Positions 46,601 through 58,643 of a stretch of DNA of 64,000 bases are shown piece by piece. Below the pieces are notes generated by a model, which was given only the letters and a program-made list of their open reading frames with translations, made no database searches and was not told the origin of the DNA. Position 1 is the stretch's first letter. Each line of letters begins with the position of its first letter. The stretch spans positions 25,716,161-25,780,160 of the forward strand of contig CM119266.1 of the NCBI GenBank assembly GCA_051294375.1, in the 5' to 3' direction. Origin of the DNA: Paraspadella gotoi. Lineage: Eukaryota; Animalia; Chaetognatha. The translations under genes and the position numbers were made by a program.

Positions 46601-48925
46601 CTCTCTCTCTCTACTCTCTCTCTCTCGTCTGAAAATTGAATTTTTTTCTCTCTCGGCGAACACCTAAAGAGAAAATTCATTTGATGCTCGTTATTAACCT
46701 GACCAAAAAAAAATATAGAGGAGAGAGAGAAAGAGGGGAGGAATGAAATATGACGGCAGAAAAAAGTATGAAAAGAGAGAAAATGTTTGATATTTTTCTA
46801 TAGCTTCTTGGGTCGCGCGTTTCGAGGCGTCGCCGTCGCGAAAGGTTGACGAGAGTTTTGGATAATTAATTATTAATTATATTTCATAATTGGATATTTG
46901 ATGACACATTTTGGTAAACGAGACTAAAAATTACGTTGACGCTTAAAAGAAGCGGTTAATATTACGTAATTAAAAGTGGTCAAAAGTGATTGACCTGACA
47001 CGAGAGAGAAGGAGAGGCGAGGCATAAATATTTTGCTTCAAATAGGGAAGAAGAGGGAGAAAGAAGAAAGTGGAGAAGGCAGAGGAAGAAATGAAACGAA
47101 ATCGAATAGAAATCGCAAGCGCGAAACCGTCCGCTTATCGTTCACCCGTTGATACGCGTTTCGATCACGTGCCGATGACTCAAGACCTCGGGTCGATCGA
47201 CCATGTGATCAGAATGTAAGGATGTTGAAAACATTTTTCTGGATGTGATGCAGATAACCGACGGTGAATGTGAACGCGACACGGGAAACGTCACGCGCTA
47301 CTTTTTTAATTCAGCGTCAAGCGGAAGATTTTTATCACGAAATTTGCATATTTTTTTGACGGATAAGTTTAGTGTCCTATTTTTTAGCTATTTTCTCTTC
47401 TGAATATTCATAGTTTCCGTTTCCTTTCCAGGATCTTCGCCACGCAATAAAACGAGAAATAAATATTATATATATTATATATAATATTGGATAAAGCGAA
47501 CGGAAGACGGCGGCTAAATATCGCTAAAAACCTTTTAAGGGGACCCAAGTGATAAAAATGATATCATAAGCTTAAGGGTTTTCTTACCTATCATCAAAGG
47601 AATTTGAATGGTGATAGTCCATTAATTTTTCTTTGCACGGGAAAGTGGGCAAAAAAATTATTATCTCTTATTTTGTATGCGGAAACAAAAATTTAATAAT
47701 TAAATGAAAAAAAATTTAGTTGACCCTACCTAATATTTAATTAATCCATTATTTTATTTTTATATAGAAAGTATTTTTACAAATTCAATTTTTTATTTTT
47801 TACTGTACAAAGCTACAATTTTTAGGTTTAAGCCTCATTGAACAAAGGCTTTACAAGAACTAATATTTTTTTTTTTATATTTACTTAAAAGCAGACAATC
47901 CAAACCTAAATTCTATTTTACAGAACAAAACCTGTAATAATTATTAATTAATAATTTTATATTCATCCTTAAATATATTATTAAACTTTATTGATTCCCT
48001 AATTCCATAAAATTAAAAAATTTTTTTTTTTTTTTTTTTTTTTTTGCAAAAAAGTACAGAATCTTTCTCTTTTTTTTATATTTATATTACTTCAAAAAGT
48101 TTTTATTTTTCCTCCAATTAACAGAATCATTTGAAAAGAAAGTTGAAATAAAAATCAAGGTGATACCTTAAATTTTGATTCGATTCCTAGTTTTTTTTTT
48201 CTTATAACATTTTTTTTAATAAAAGCTGAAAATCTTTTTAAAATTAGAATCTTACTTTTGTTTTTTGAAAAACAAATTTTAAACTGAAAAGATTTTCTTC
48301 TTACCCATTTTTTTAAAAAAAATTAAGCTCGCTGATTTTATGAATTTTTAACTACTTTCCCAAATGATTATAGAAGAAAAAATTATATGTGTCAGAACCA
48401 GCTTTAAGTTAAAGGGTCAAACGTTATGTTATCAAGCTTTTTACCCCCCTGTTCACTTGGTCCCTTAAAAGAGGTTGACCACAGCGAGTTTGATATTATT
48501 TAGCTCGAGGGTCCAAGGCCGTTTGTACCCCTTAAATGACACCAAAAAGATAACTCAATAATTATATTTATGACTAAGAGCTGACCAACGAAGCGATTGT
48601 GATATTCTACTTTACCTTATCTTAATCACTCTAAACCATCAAGCGCTCTCATCTTTTTTCTTTATTTCTTTCTTTCTTTCAAAATCTTTCAATCTTTCAT
48701 TTTTCTTTCTCTTTCTTATCTTTCTTTCTTTCTTTCTCTTTCTTTCTTTAATAATCTTTCTTCTTTTCTTTCTCCTTTCTTATTTTTCACTCCTACTATC
48801 TCCGAGCCCGAGGCGGCGTTCCTGCGGCGTCGCCATTCCTTCCATTAAAACGCATCTCCCCCGGGATTTGGGATGGCTAAGTTTATTCATTGAAAGCCAG
48901 ACGTCTCTTCTCTCACTGTCTCTTT
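43636..48925 (+). repeat. Block B, copy 2
   Basis: Colinear with 31910-37065, including the 32-bp minisatellite, the HINE-like end and the MITE. Confidence 0.95.
47539..48464. mobile_element. Second copy of the TTAA-flanked MITE
   Basis: ttaa|ggggacccaagtga...tcacttggtccc|ttaa. Right-half-only copies lie at ~50897-51368 and ~59407-59855. Confidence 0.65.
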
Positions 48926-49510
48926 CTCTCTCTCTCTCTCTCCATGTACGTCTCTCTCTCTCATCTCTCTCTCTCTCTCTCTCATCTCTCTTCTTTCTCN
49001 NNNNNNNNNNNNNNNNNNNNNNNNTTCTTTCTCCCCTTCCCCCCCTCTCTTCCTATCCTGTCCCTTTCGCTCGTTGGCTCGCTTAAAATAACTTGGTTTT
49101 AAATATTTCGTTATATCGTTAAATGGAGACTCATGAGAATAAAGGAGGCGGAGGAGGAGGAGGAGAAGGAGGAGGAGGAGGGGGAAGATGAGAAGAAGGA
49201 CGACGACGACGACGACGACGACGACAATTATCCTTAGCTTTCGCACCAAGATCGGTCAGTCGCTCGCGATTTGCCTCAAGATTTTCCAGAATTTGCTCAT
49301 AGTCTTGACCCAATCATAATCAACAGTTCTGACGGCTCACGGAATAACTTAATGATGGATTCTGGGACTGACCCAAACGCAGGTCGTGGTGGGAACCTTT
49401 GCCTCTTTTACGCTGACCAGATTGTGTTCTTTAAAACTGTCTTGACTTAAGATTGGATACAATTTTTAATCCTAAAGCTTGACTTAACGATAACTGTGAT
49501 CAATTTATTA

Positions 49511-49545
<35 letters not shown>
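48861..49545 (+). repeat. Block C, copy 1 (copy 2 at 55491-56200)
   Basis: Shared sequences include ttatccttagctttcgcaccaagatcggtcagtcgc and aagcttgacttaacgataactgtgatcaattt. Confidence 0.9.
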
Positions 49546-49546
<1 letters not shown>

Positions 49547-51615
49547 CGGGCGACGTTGGACAACATCTTTCTCTTGAGAACCTTCAATGGAATCGTTTGG
49601 ACGGGACTCGTCTCGGAAGGCGGCTGTTTCCTCGATCCACCTGACGACGGGGTGGGGGTGGGAGGGGGGTTCGGGTCGACAGAAGGCGTGATAGGATTAA
49701 TATTGTCAACGGGTACGACGCGAAATCGGCACGGACAAAGATTGATATATAGGAATTGGATCACAAATCGACCACGGTTACGGGTTACGGGTAATGATAC
49801 CGACAAAATTTATTGACGTTCGTACAGGGAATTTGAGGACTAGTATTTTCTAAATTTTGTAACGGACATTTTGTAATTAAGCGATTCGCACTTTCAACTG
49901 ACTTCTCCACGCGACTGTACGGAATTCCGGACGGTTTTGGAGCCCGCCCAGAATATCCTGATAAGGCCGACAAGTGTTTCGCGTGTTTTAAGAGTTTCAT
50001 TAAAATTAACTTCGCTAATATTGCCGAATAAATACGATATTTACGCGAAAAAGTTTCCATACATCTCTAAATCGGTAACAAGCTTTCTAAAACTTCTCTC
50101 AGAGAGATTTTCACTATCTATTTGATTATCCATGGTTTCACCTTTCGAAGTTTTCCAGGGCCGTAGAAAATGAGTGTCGAAGTTCGAAAATGACGATATT
50201 TTGAGGATCTGCACGTGTTACCGGCCCGGGGAAGTTCGGACAGATTTGTACGCGCAGTTTCGCAACGATACCCGCACCGACGAGCTAAGTTCTCGACCGG
50301 GAAACGATGTACTACGTCCGAGCGAGGTACTCGGGCCGAGTGTTATTTCTCCTTTCCAGTGTGGTCGCGGTGAAAAAACCGCTTACTGAAAAAGAAGCAG
50401 CAGCTCAGTGAATATTTTGGAATTTTTTATTTTATTTTTTATAAGGGAGATATTTGAATATGTTTAAATGACTAAAATTTTATTGCTAGGGGACTGAGCA
50501 AACTGTCTAGATGTAGGACGAATATTGAACCTAACCAAAATGCATTTATTCTTTGAAGTAGACAAATAAGTTTGACGTAAGACATCACGTAGTTTTTGAT
50601 TCTGGTTCTGTTCAAATCTAGGAAAAGAAGCGGAGAATATTTAGTAATTAATTATTATTAATAATTATCACAAACGACTACATTCGTTTGCCCTCGGGAT
50701 TTAGTCAAAAACATCAGGAAAATATTTTTCTCCCGCCGCTTTCGAATCGTGCGCGGGAATTATCGGAATGCTCAGAAACGGTAGAGGACGTTTCTAATCG
50801 AGGTGTTTTGGGATTAGATCAAAAGGGCAACGTTATTGGCATCCCGCGCACGACCCCGAGCTGTATCGAGTCACTCTGTTAGGGCTCTTCAAAACAAATA
50901 TATTATTAAACTTTATTGATTCCTAATTATAAAATTAAAAAATTTTTTTTTTTTGCAAAAAAGTACAGAATCTTTCTCTTTTTTTTATATTTATATTACT
51001 TCAAAAAGTTTTATTTTTCTCCAATTAACAGAATCATTGAAAAGAAAGTTGAAATAAAAATCAAGGTCGATACCTTAAATTTTGATTCATTCCTAGTTTT
51101 TTTTTTCTTATAACATTTTTTTAATAAAAGCTGAAAATCTTTTTAAAATTAGAATCTTACTTTTTTTTTGAAAAAACAAATTTTAAACTGAAAAAAGATT
51201 TTCTTCTTACCATTTTTTAAAAAAAATTAAGCTCGCTGATTTTATCGAATTTTTAACTACTTTCCCAAATGATATAGAAGAAAAAATTATATGTGTCAGA
51301 ACCAGCTTAAGTTAAAGGGTCAAACGTTATGTTATCAAGCTTTTTACCCCCCCTGTCACTTGGTCCCCTAAAAGAGGTTGACCACAGCGAGTTTGATATA
51401 TATTTAGCTCGAGGGTCCAAGGCCGTTTGTACCCCTTAATGACACCAAAAAGATAACTCAATAATTATATTTATGACTAAGAGCTGACCAACGAAGCGAT
51501 TGTGATATTCTACTTTACCTTATCTTAATCACTCTAACCATCAAGCGCTCTCTCTTTCTTTCTTTATTTCTTTCTTTCTTTCAATCTTTTCAATTTTCAT
51601 TCTTTCTTTCTTTCT

Positions 51616-51646
<31 letters not shown>

Positions 51647-51756
51647 AATATCTTTCTTTCTTTCTTTCCTCCTTTCTTATTTTTCACTCCTACTATCTCC
51701 GAGCCCGAGGCGGCGTTCCTGCGCGTCGCCATTCCTTCCATTAAAACGCATCTCCC

Positions 51757-53386
51757 CACTATGAAGCCATAGTAAGAGGGACAGCAAAATTTCATACAGC
51801 CCGCTACCCACCTGTAACCACTACACTATGAAGCCATAGTAAGGTGGACAGCAGAAAATTTCATACAGCCTCGCTAACCCACCTGTAACCACTACACTAT
51901 GAAGCCATATAAGGTGGACAGCAGAAAATTTCATTACAGGCCTCGCTACCCACCTGGTAACCCTTACACTATGAAGCATATAAGGTGGACAGCAGAAAAT
52001 TTCATACAGCCTCGCTACCCACCTGTAACCACTACACTATGAAAGCCATAGTAAGGTGGACAGCAAAAATTTCATACAGCCTCGCTACCCACCTGTAACC
52101 CACTACACTATGAAGCCCATAGTAAGGTGGACAGCAGAAAATTTCATACAGCCTCGCTACCCACCTGTAACCACTACACTATGAAGCCATAGTACAGGTG
52201 GACACAGAAAATTTCATACAGCCTCGCTACCCACCTGTAACCACTACACTAATGAGCCATATAAGGTGGAAGCAGAAAATTTCATACAGCCTCGCTACCC
52301 ACCTGTAACCACTACACTATGAAGCATATAAGGTGGACAGCAGAAATTCATACAGCCTCGCTACCCACCTGTAACCACTACACTATGAAGCCAAAAGTAA
52401 GGTGGACAGCAGAAAATTTCATACAGCTCGCTACCCACCTGTAACCACTACCTATGAAGCCATAGTAAGGTGGACAGCAGAAAATTTCATTACAGCCTCG
52501 CACCCACCTGTAACCACTACACTATGAAGCCATAGTAAGGTGGACAGCAGAAAATTTCATACCAGCCTCGCTACCCACCTGTAACCACTACACTATGAAG
52601 CCATAGTAAGGTGGCAGCAGAAAATTTCATACCAGCCTCGCTACCCACCTGTAACCACTACACTATGAAGCCCATAGTAAGGTGGACAGCAGAAAATTTC
52701 ATACAGCCTCGCTACCACTGTAAACCACTACACTATAAGCCTAGTAAGGTGGACAGCCAGAAAATTTCATACAGGCCTGCTACCCCCCTGTAACCACTAC
52801 ACTATGAACCATAGTAAGGGTGGACAGCAGAAAATTTCATACGCCTCGTACCCCCTGTAACCACTACACTATGAAGCCATAGTAAGGTGGACAGCAGAAA
52901 ATTTCATAACAGGCCTCGTACCCACCTGTAACCACTACACTATGAAGCCATAGTAAGGTGGACAGCAGAAAATTTCATACAGCCCGCACCCACCTGTAAC
53001 CACCTACACTATGAAGCCCAAGTAGGTGGACAAGCAGAAAGATTCATACAGCCTCGCTACCCACCTGTAACCACTACACTATAAGCCATAGTAAGGTGGA
53101 CAGCAGAAAATTTCATACAGCCTCGCTACCCACCTGTAACCACTACACTAGAAGCCATAGTAAGGTGGACAGCAGAAAAATTTATACAGCCTCCGCTACC
53201 CACCTGTAACCACTACACTATGAAGCCAAGTAAGGTGACAGCAGAAAATTTATACAGCCTCGCTCCACCTGTAACCACACACATGAAGCCATAGTAAGGT
53301 GGACAGCAGAAAATTTCATACCAGCCTCGCTACCCACCTGTAACCACTACACTATGAAGCCATAGTAAGGTGGACAGCAGAAATTC
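51757..53386. repeat. 70-bp tandem satellite, ~24 units
   Basis: Consensus cactatgaagccatagtaaggtggacagcagaaaatttcatacagcctcgctacccacctgtaaccacta. Units are head-to-tail with no variable spacers and differ mainly by single-base indels. Confidence 0.97.
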
Positions 53387-54324
53387 CGCGCTATTTCTAA
53401 TGCATTAAGCCACCACCCACCCACCTCCAATATTTGTTTTGATTTTATCTATTAGCAAAAAAGCTTTATCCTTGGAAACTTGGGTTTGATTGAAAAGTAA
53501 ATTGCCAGTATACCACTTCATTTTGCTTTTGAGTACTTTCAATTCTATTATGGTTTTAAATGTAGAATGCATATCTAATTAATATGTCATCTCTATAAAC
53601 ATGTAAGTTCCAAATTTTTTTTTATTCTTCATTTCTTAAAAATATAATACTACAATATCAAATTATAGTTATAAATACTCAAAGGTTTTTAAATAATGCA
53701 AAATACATCAGAGAAAATTTTTTATTTACAAACGTTAAAAATTATTAAGAAAGGATAAATACTAAAAATTGTAAAAATTTCCAATTGTAACAATTGTAAC
53801 ATTTTTTTTCCTTTCTTTTTTTCTTTAAATTATATATAAATTTTTCTTCTTATTTTTGTCAGTTTTGCTGCCTTTTCTAAACCCTTTTAAAACAGTTCAG
53901 GCTTCTGCAGTGACTGTTTCAGCTGCCTTCCAGCGGCTGTCCAGCTATCTCTGTTTCTGCTGTCTTCTCTTTCTGTCTCTCTCTCTCTGTTACGATCTCT
54001 TGCGTGATCGTTTTTTTTTAAAAAAATTGAATATTTTTTTCCTTTTAAAAACTTTTTATTTATCGCATTTATTTCGCGATTTTTTCTCAAGCAAAATCCA
54101 ATTCACATCCGAGATTTTCGTGGATTTATTCACTTTCTTTCTCTCTCTCTTTTCAATCTCTCTCTCTCTTTTCTCCTATCTTTCACTCAAACACCATTTG
54201 CTTGTTTTATTTAGATGATTTATTCATTGGAGTCAATGAATGACTATCATCGCACAAGAAGACTATCATCTTATCATGAATGATTATCTTCACATCAATG
54301 AATGACTATCATTGCATCAACTCA

Positions 54325-54470
54325 TTTGGTTATTATCAATCAATCATTTGTAATCATAAAATCGATCATTTTTGGTTATTCATCGCATCAATTATTGGTT
54401 ATCATCGATCAATATTCGGTTATCCATGCATCAATCATTTGGTTATCATCGACCAATATTTGGTTATCAT
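54325..54470. repeat. Degenerate ~21-bp tandem repeat (ttggttatcatcgatcaatat-like)
   Basis: About 7 units with a ggttatcatc core inside the transposon. Also present at ~62810-62955. Confidence 0.7.
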
Positions 54471-54600
54471 TGAAGGGAGGCTCGATCCTATTTCTTTTTA
54501 ATATTTTTTTCTCTCTTTCTCTCTCCTCTCTCTCTTTTTCTCTCCTCTTTTCTCTCTTTCTTTCTTTATGATTATTCCAAAAGCAGAGGCTTAAGTTTCG

Positions 54601-54642
<42 letters not shown>

Positions 54643-54686
54643 TTTTTTTTTTTTTTTTTTTTTTCTCTCTCTCTCCTCTTTCTCTC

Positions 54687-54728
<42 letters not shown>

Positions 54729-55556
54729 CTTTCTTCTGATTATCAAAAACGAGCAGCGGCTGAATAGTTACGGGCATCTCTTAAAAATTTTCTCTCCTCT
54801 CTCTCTCTTCTCTCTTCCTCTATCTCTCTCTCTCTCTCTTTTTCTCTCCTTCTCTCTTTTTCTCCTCTCTCTCTCTTTCGTCGCCTTCTTTAGTTAATTT
54901 ATATAGAAATAAAAATTTCGGATTTACATAAACTAGTACCTTGCAAGTCAGATTTCTTTCTTAAAAACGAAAAAACCCGCAAAAAAAACCGCAACGGGGG
55001 TTTGTCTCAGACACACCCCAGCCATTGATGCCTTTTGAAGTTAAATTTCGTGTCCCGAAATATCCCGACAACTTAAAGCTGAACTTAAAGGAATCCTGGG
55101 GCCTCATTTCATTCTAAATCACTTTGCCAACTTAATGCCACTGTATTGCAAACTTTCATTCTAAAATTAATAAAAATATTATGTCAAAAAGAAACCTTTA
55201 AGCGAAAGAGCTGTTGATTGATATTAAAAATATTAGTTTTTTTTTAATAAAATTAGTTATTTTTTTTCTGACGTGATATAAGTGTTTGGTAACCAAACCA
55301 AGCAATCAAAAAATTCAATTTGCATCCGCAAAACCGCATGAAAATATAATTCACGTACTAAGACAAAAAAAAAACGAAATAACGTTTAATAGAATGGCAA
55401 AGGATTTAAAGACAAGATATTTGTCAAAAATCAAATAGAATCGCTTAAAAGTGATGACATGACTTTTATCCACGGTGTGGATACACTGTGTCCCCCGGGA
55501 GTTTGGATGGCTAAGTTATTCATTCAAAGCCAGACCTCTCTCCTCACTGTCCTCTT

Positions 55557-55590
<34 letters not shown>

Positions 55591-56259
55591 TCTCTCTCTT
55601 CTCTTCATCTCTCTCTCTCTCTCTCTCTCTCTCTTCTTCTCTTCTACTCTCTCTCTCTTTCTTTCTCCCCTTCCCCCCCTCTCTTCCTATCCTGTCCCTT
55701 TCGCTCGTTGGCTCGCTAAAATAACTGGTTTTAAATATTTCGTTATATCGTTAAATGGAGATCGATGAGAAGAGGAGGAGGAGGAGTAGAGAAGAGGAGG
55801 AGGAGGGAAGATGAGGAAGAAGGACGACGGACGACGACGACGACGACACAAATTATCCTTAGCTTTCGCACCAAGATCGGTCAGTCGCTCGCGATTTGCC
55901 ACCTCAAGATTTTCCGAATTTGGCTCATAGTCTTGACCCAATCATAATCAACAGTTTGACGGCCACGGAATAACCTTAAATGATGGATTCTGGACTGACC
56001 CAAACGCACGGTCGTGCTTTTGGTTGGGAACCTTTGCCTCTTTTACGCTGGACCAGATTTGTTCTTTAAAACTGTCTTGACTTAAGATTTGGATACAATT
56101 TTTAATCCTAAAGCTTGACTTAACGATAACTGTGATCAATTTTATTTATCTCTCCTTTCTCGTCTCTCTCCTCCTCTCTCCTCTCTCTCTCTCTCTCTCG
56201 TCTCTCTAATACTCAATGATCATTAATATCTTTTAATGTTATGATGAGAACCCGCTTAC

Positions 56260-56699
56260 TTAGAAATATGGTAGTATCTTGCTATCTTCCGATGTCCAGA
56301 AGTCCATTGGGGGAAACTGGAAGGGAAGAATTTCCCCAAAAAAAAAAACCCAAGGGGGCAAAAAACTTTAAGGGGGGGGGGCTTGGCGCGCTCAAACCTT
56401 CCGAAATACATAATTCCAATAAGCTTTTACTGGACGCAAGTGGCAGCAAGACATCAAAAAGACATTTAAAAACAATTCAGCCCTTAAAAGACTAATATAT
56501 GTACAGTAAGCGTCTTAACAATAGTTCGAGAGGCGATCAACAAGGTGGAGACAATGCCATAGCCTGGCAGAGATTACAAACTATCGCTCAGCGTCCTGTT
56601 CTTGGGTTTCCGATCGAGAGAAGAACTACGAACGAAATAACAAACAAAGATTACAGACAACTGACTGGAGACTTGACACACCTAAACTGCGAAAAGTCC
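56260..56699 (+). pseudogene. Highly degraded or noisy fragment resembling a bacterial IS256-family transposase C-terminus plus right inverted repeat
   Basis: Ordered motifs recovered across frameshifts are KS/W.NW..ISP, N-P-I..AF, RK...KKTFKNNSALKRLIY (in one frame), RW/TMP and W...QTIAQ....GFP.ER (in one frame). They are followed by ttgacacacctaaactgcgaaaagtcc. These parallel IS256 KSW..NW..LS, TTN.IE.F, RK..KTKG.F....AL.KL.Y and WTMP..W...I.QL..FP.R, and the TTGACACA/TTTACACA-type right end. Confidence 0.45.
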
Positions 56700-57537
56700 T
56701 CTGCATCTGCCTTGTTTCGAAGGCCGATTGATCATTCTATCGACGTCGAGACGGATTCCGCTCAGAATGACTACACCCCTTCGTCGAAGGGGGATTAGGG
56801 GAGCAGTGGGCCGGTCATGTGCTATTTGTCTTCCGTAAGGAAGAGTGCTTCTGTTTTTGTAGATTTTTGTTTTCGTTTTCGTAAGTTTTTGTTTTCGTAA
56901 GATTTATACTGATAGCGAAACTTTTATCGTAGTATATTGGCGGACCACGGAAAATTATACACTAGAAGGGGTGTAGCCCTCGTTAATACGTCTGATAGTT
57001 ATTTCCGTAAAATTACCCCCTCTATGTATAATTACATAACCGTAAATGAACTCTTATCGCTAGTTACTGTACCATTGTTTACTGCAACTACTTGTTAAAA
57101 TACTTTTTAGCAAAACGACAGTGCTACTAATAGCACGATCTATGGTTATTAAATCTGGTCTTTATTTTTGATAGAGTGAAGAAAGTGGGAATAGGATTCG
57201 AGTCCAAAACTTAGGTATCGATTATGTCAAACTAGGATATTGAACATGTTACAGGTCTGTTCAGTAGAAGCTTTTATTCACGGTCATATAATTTAGTAGA
57301 CATAAAAATTTTAACTGTAAACACACTGTTGAACTAATGTCGCCTTAAGGAATGATAAAACTTCCAGGGTGCAATAGAAATCTATACAANNNNNNNNNNN
57401 NNNNNNNNNNNNNNATAGAATCTATTCAAATCAAATCAAAATCTCTCTCTCTCTATTTTTGTCAGACAATTTGATGTTTGCATTAGTAATCATGCGAAGA
57501 GGGAATCCTTTGAGTGTCAGATGGAAGGGAATGGCGA

Positions 57538-57601
<64 letters not shown>

Positions 57602-58007
57602 GAAAGGTACCGAGTGCTACAAGTTAATTGGACAGCGGAGTTGTATCTAACAAAGGAGAATGTCGCGGCCAACTCCCCGCGGCCAACTCGGGTTAAATGG
57701 TATCGATTTCGAAACAGGACGATCGATTAAACATATTAACTTCTTTTGATTAATTTTCTCAATTTTCGGTACAGACATCAGAATTTTTAACCAATTTATG
57801 CGTTCATATTTATCTTTAGTTTATATTTTTTTTTCGTGATAGAAAAAAAAAACATTCATGGGAAATCTTAAAGCAACTTTTTTTGCACAGTTTTCATAAT
57901 TTATGATTTATGATTTTGTGAAAAAAAATATGGTTGGTTATTGTTCAGGATTATAAAAAAAAAATTGGTCCTTTTCGATAATTTTCATACTTTTTCTACT
58001 ACAATTA

Positions 58008-58643
58008 TCATGATTTAAAGGCGATGGTTTCGCTGTAACGGGTAAGTCGAAGCTGACGGGCGACGTTGGACAACATCTTTCTCTTGAGAACCTTCAATGG
58101 AATCGTTTGGACGGGACTCGTCTCGGAAGGCGGCTGTTTCCTCGATCCACCTGACGACGGGGTGGGGGTGGGAGGGGGGTTCGGGTCGACAGAAGGCGTG
58201 ATAGGATTAATATTGTCAACGGGTACGACGCGAAATCGGCACGGACAAAGATTGATATATAGGAATTGGATCACAAATCGACCACGGTTACGGGTTACGG
58301 GTAATGATACCGACAAAATTTATTGACGTTCGTACAGGGAATTTGAGGACTAGTATTTTCTAAATTTTGTAACGGACATTTTGTAATTAAGCGATTCGCA
58401 CTTTCAACTGACTTCTCCACGCGACTGTACGGAATTCCGGACGGTTTTGGAGCCCGCCCAGAATATCCTGATAAGGCCGACAAGTGTTTCGCGTGTTTTA
58501 AGAGTTTCATTAAAATTAACTTCGCTAATATTGCCGAATAAATACGATATTTACGCGAAAAAGTTTCCATACATCTCTAAATCGGTAACAAGCTTTCTAA
58601 AACTTCTCTCAGAGAGATTTTCACTATCTATTTGATTATCCAT
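58008..58643 (-). pseudogene. Frameshifted, unidentified ORF-like segment, possibly the 5' part of a retroelement ORF
   Basis: Good start context (aaaccATGg) gives MDNQIDSENLSERSFRKLVTDLEMYGNF, followed by overlapping open stretches (58295..58570 and 58008..58316) in non-repetitive, higher-GC sequence. No domain is recognised. A truncated copy lies at 49548-50133. Confidence 0.3.

Larger units (their letters stand above)
51757..55490. mobile_element. 3734-bp non-autonomous DNA transposon with CAC...GTG termini and TCCC target-site duplication (Chapaev/Transib-like)
   Basis: The filled site reads tc-TCCC|CACTATG...CACTGTG|TCCC-ccggga. The empty site tc-TCCC-ccggga is seen at 37000 and 48857. 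The ends are imperfect inverted repeats (cactatgaagccata vs cacagtgtatccaca, 10/15 matches). There is no transposase ORF. Confidence 0.75.
49548..55515 (+). repeat. ~6 kb direct duplication, copy 1 (copy 2 at 58058-64000)
   Basis: Identical ORF sets at offsets of 8510 and 8484. The satellite arrays are identical down to their indels. Confidence 0.97.

Noticed and set aside
51757-53386. CRISPR array
   Set aside because: The whole 70-bp unit is repeated with no unique spacers, there are no cas genes, and the context is eukaryotic.
51757-53386. Tandem hammerhead ribozyme satellite
   Set aside because: The minus strand has ctgtatga and gaaa but not the conserved CUGANGA core with correctly placed stems.
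51757-55490. Helitron or canonical CACTA element
   Set aside because: Despite the terminal hairpin, there are no TC...CTRR ends or A/T insertion site, and a TSD is present. The right end is CTGTG rather than TAGTG.
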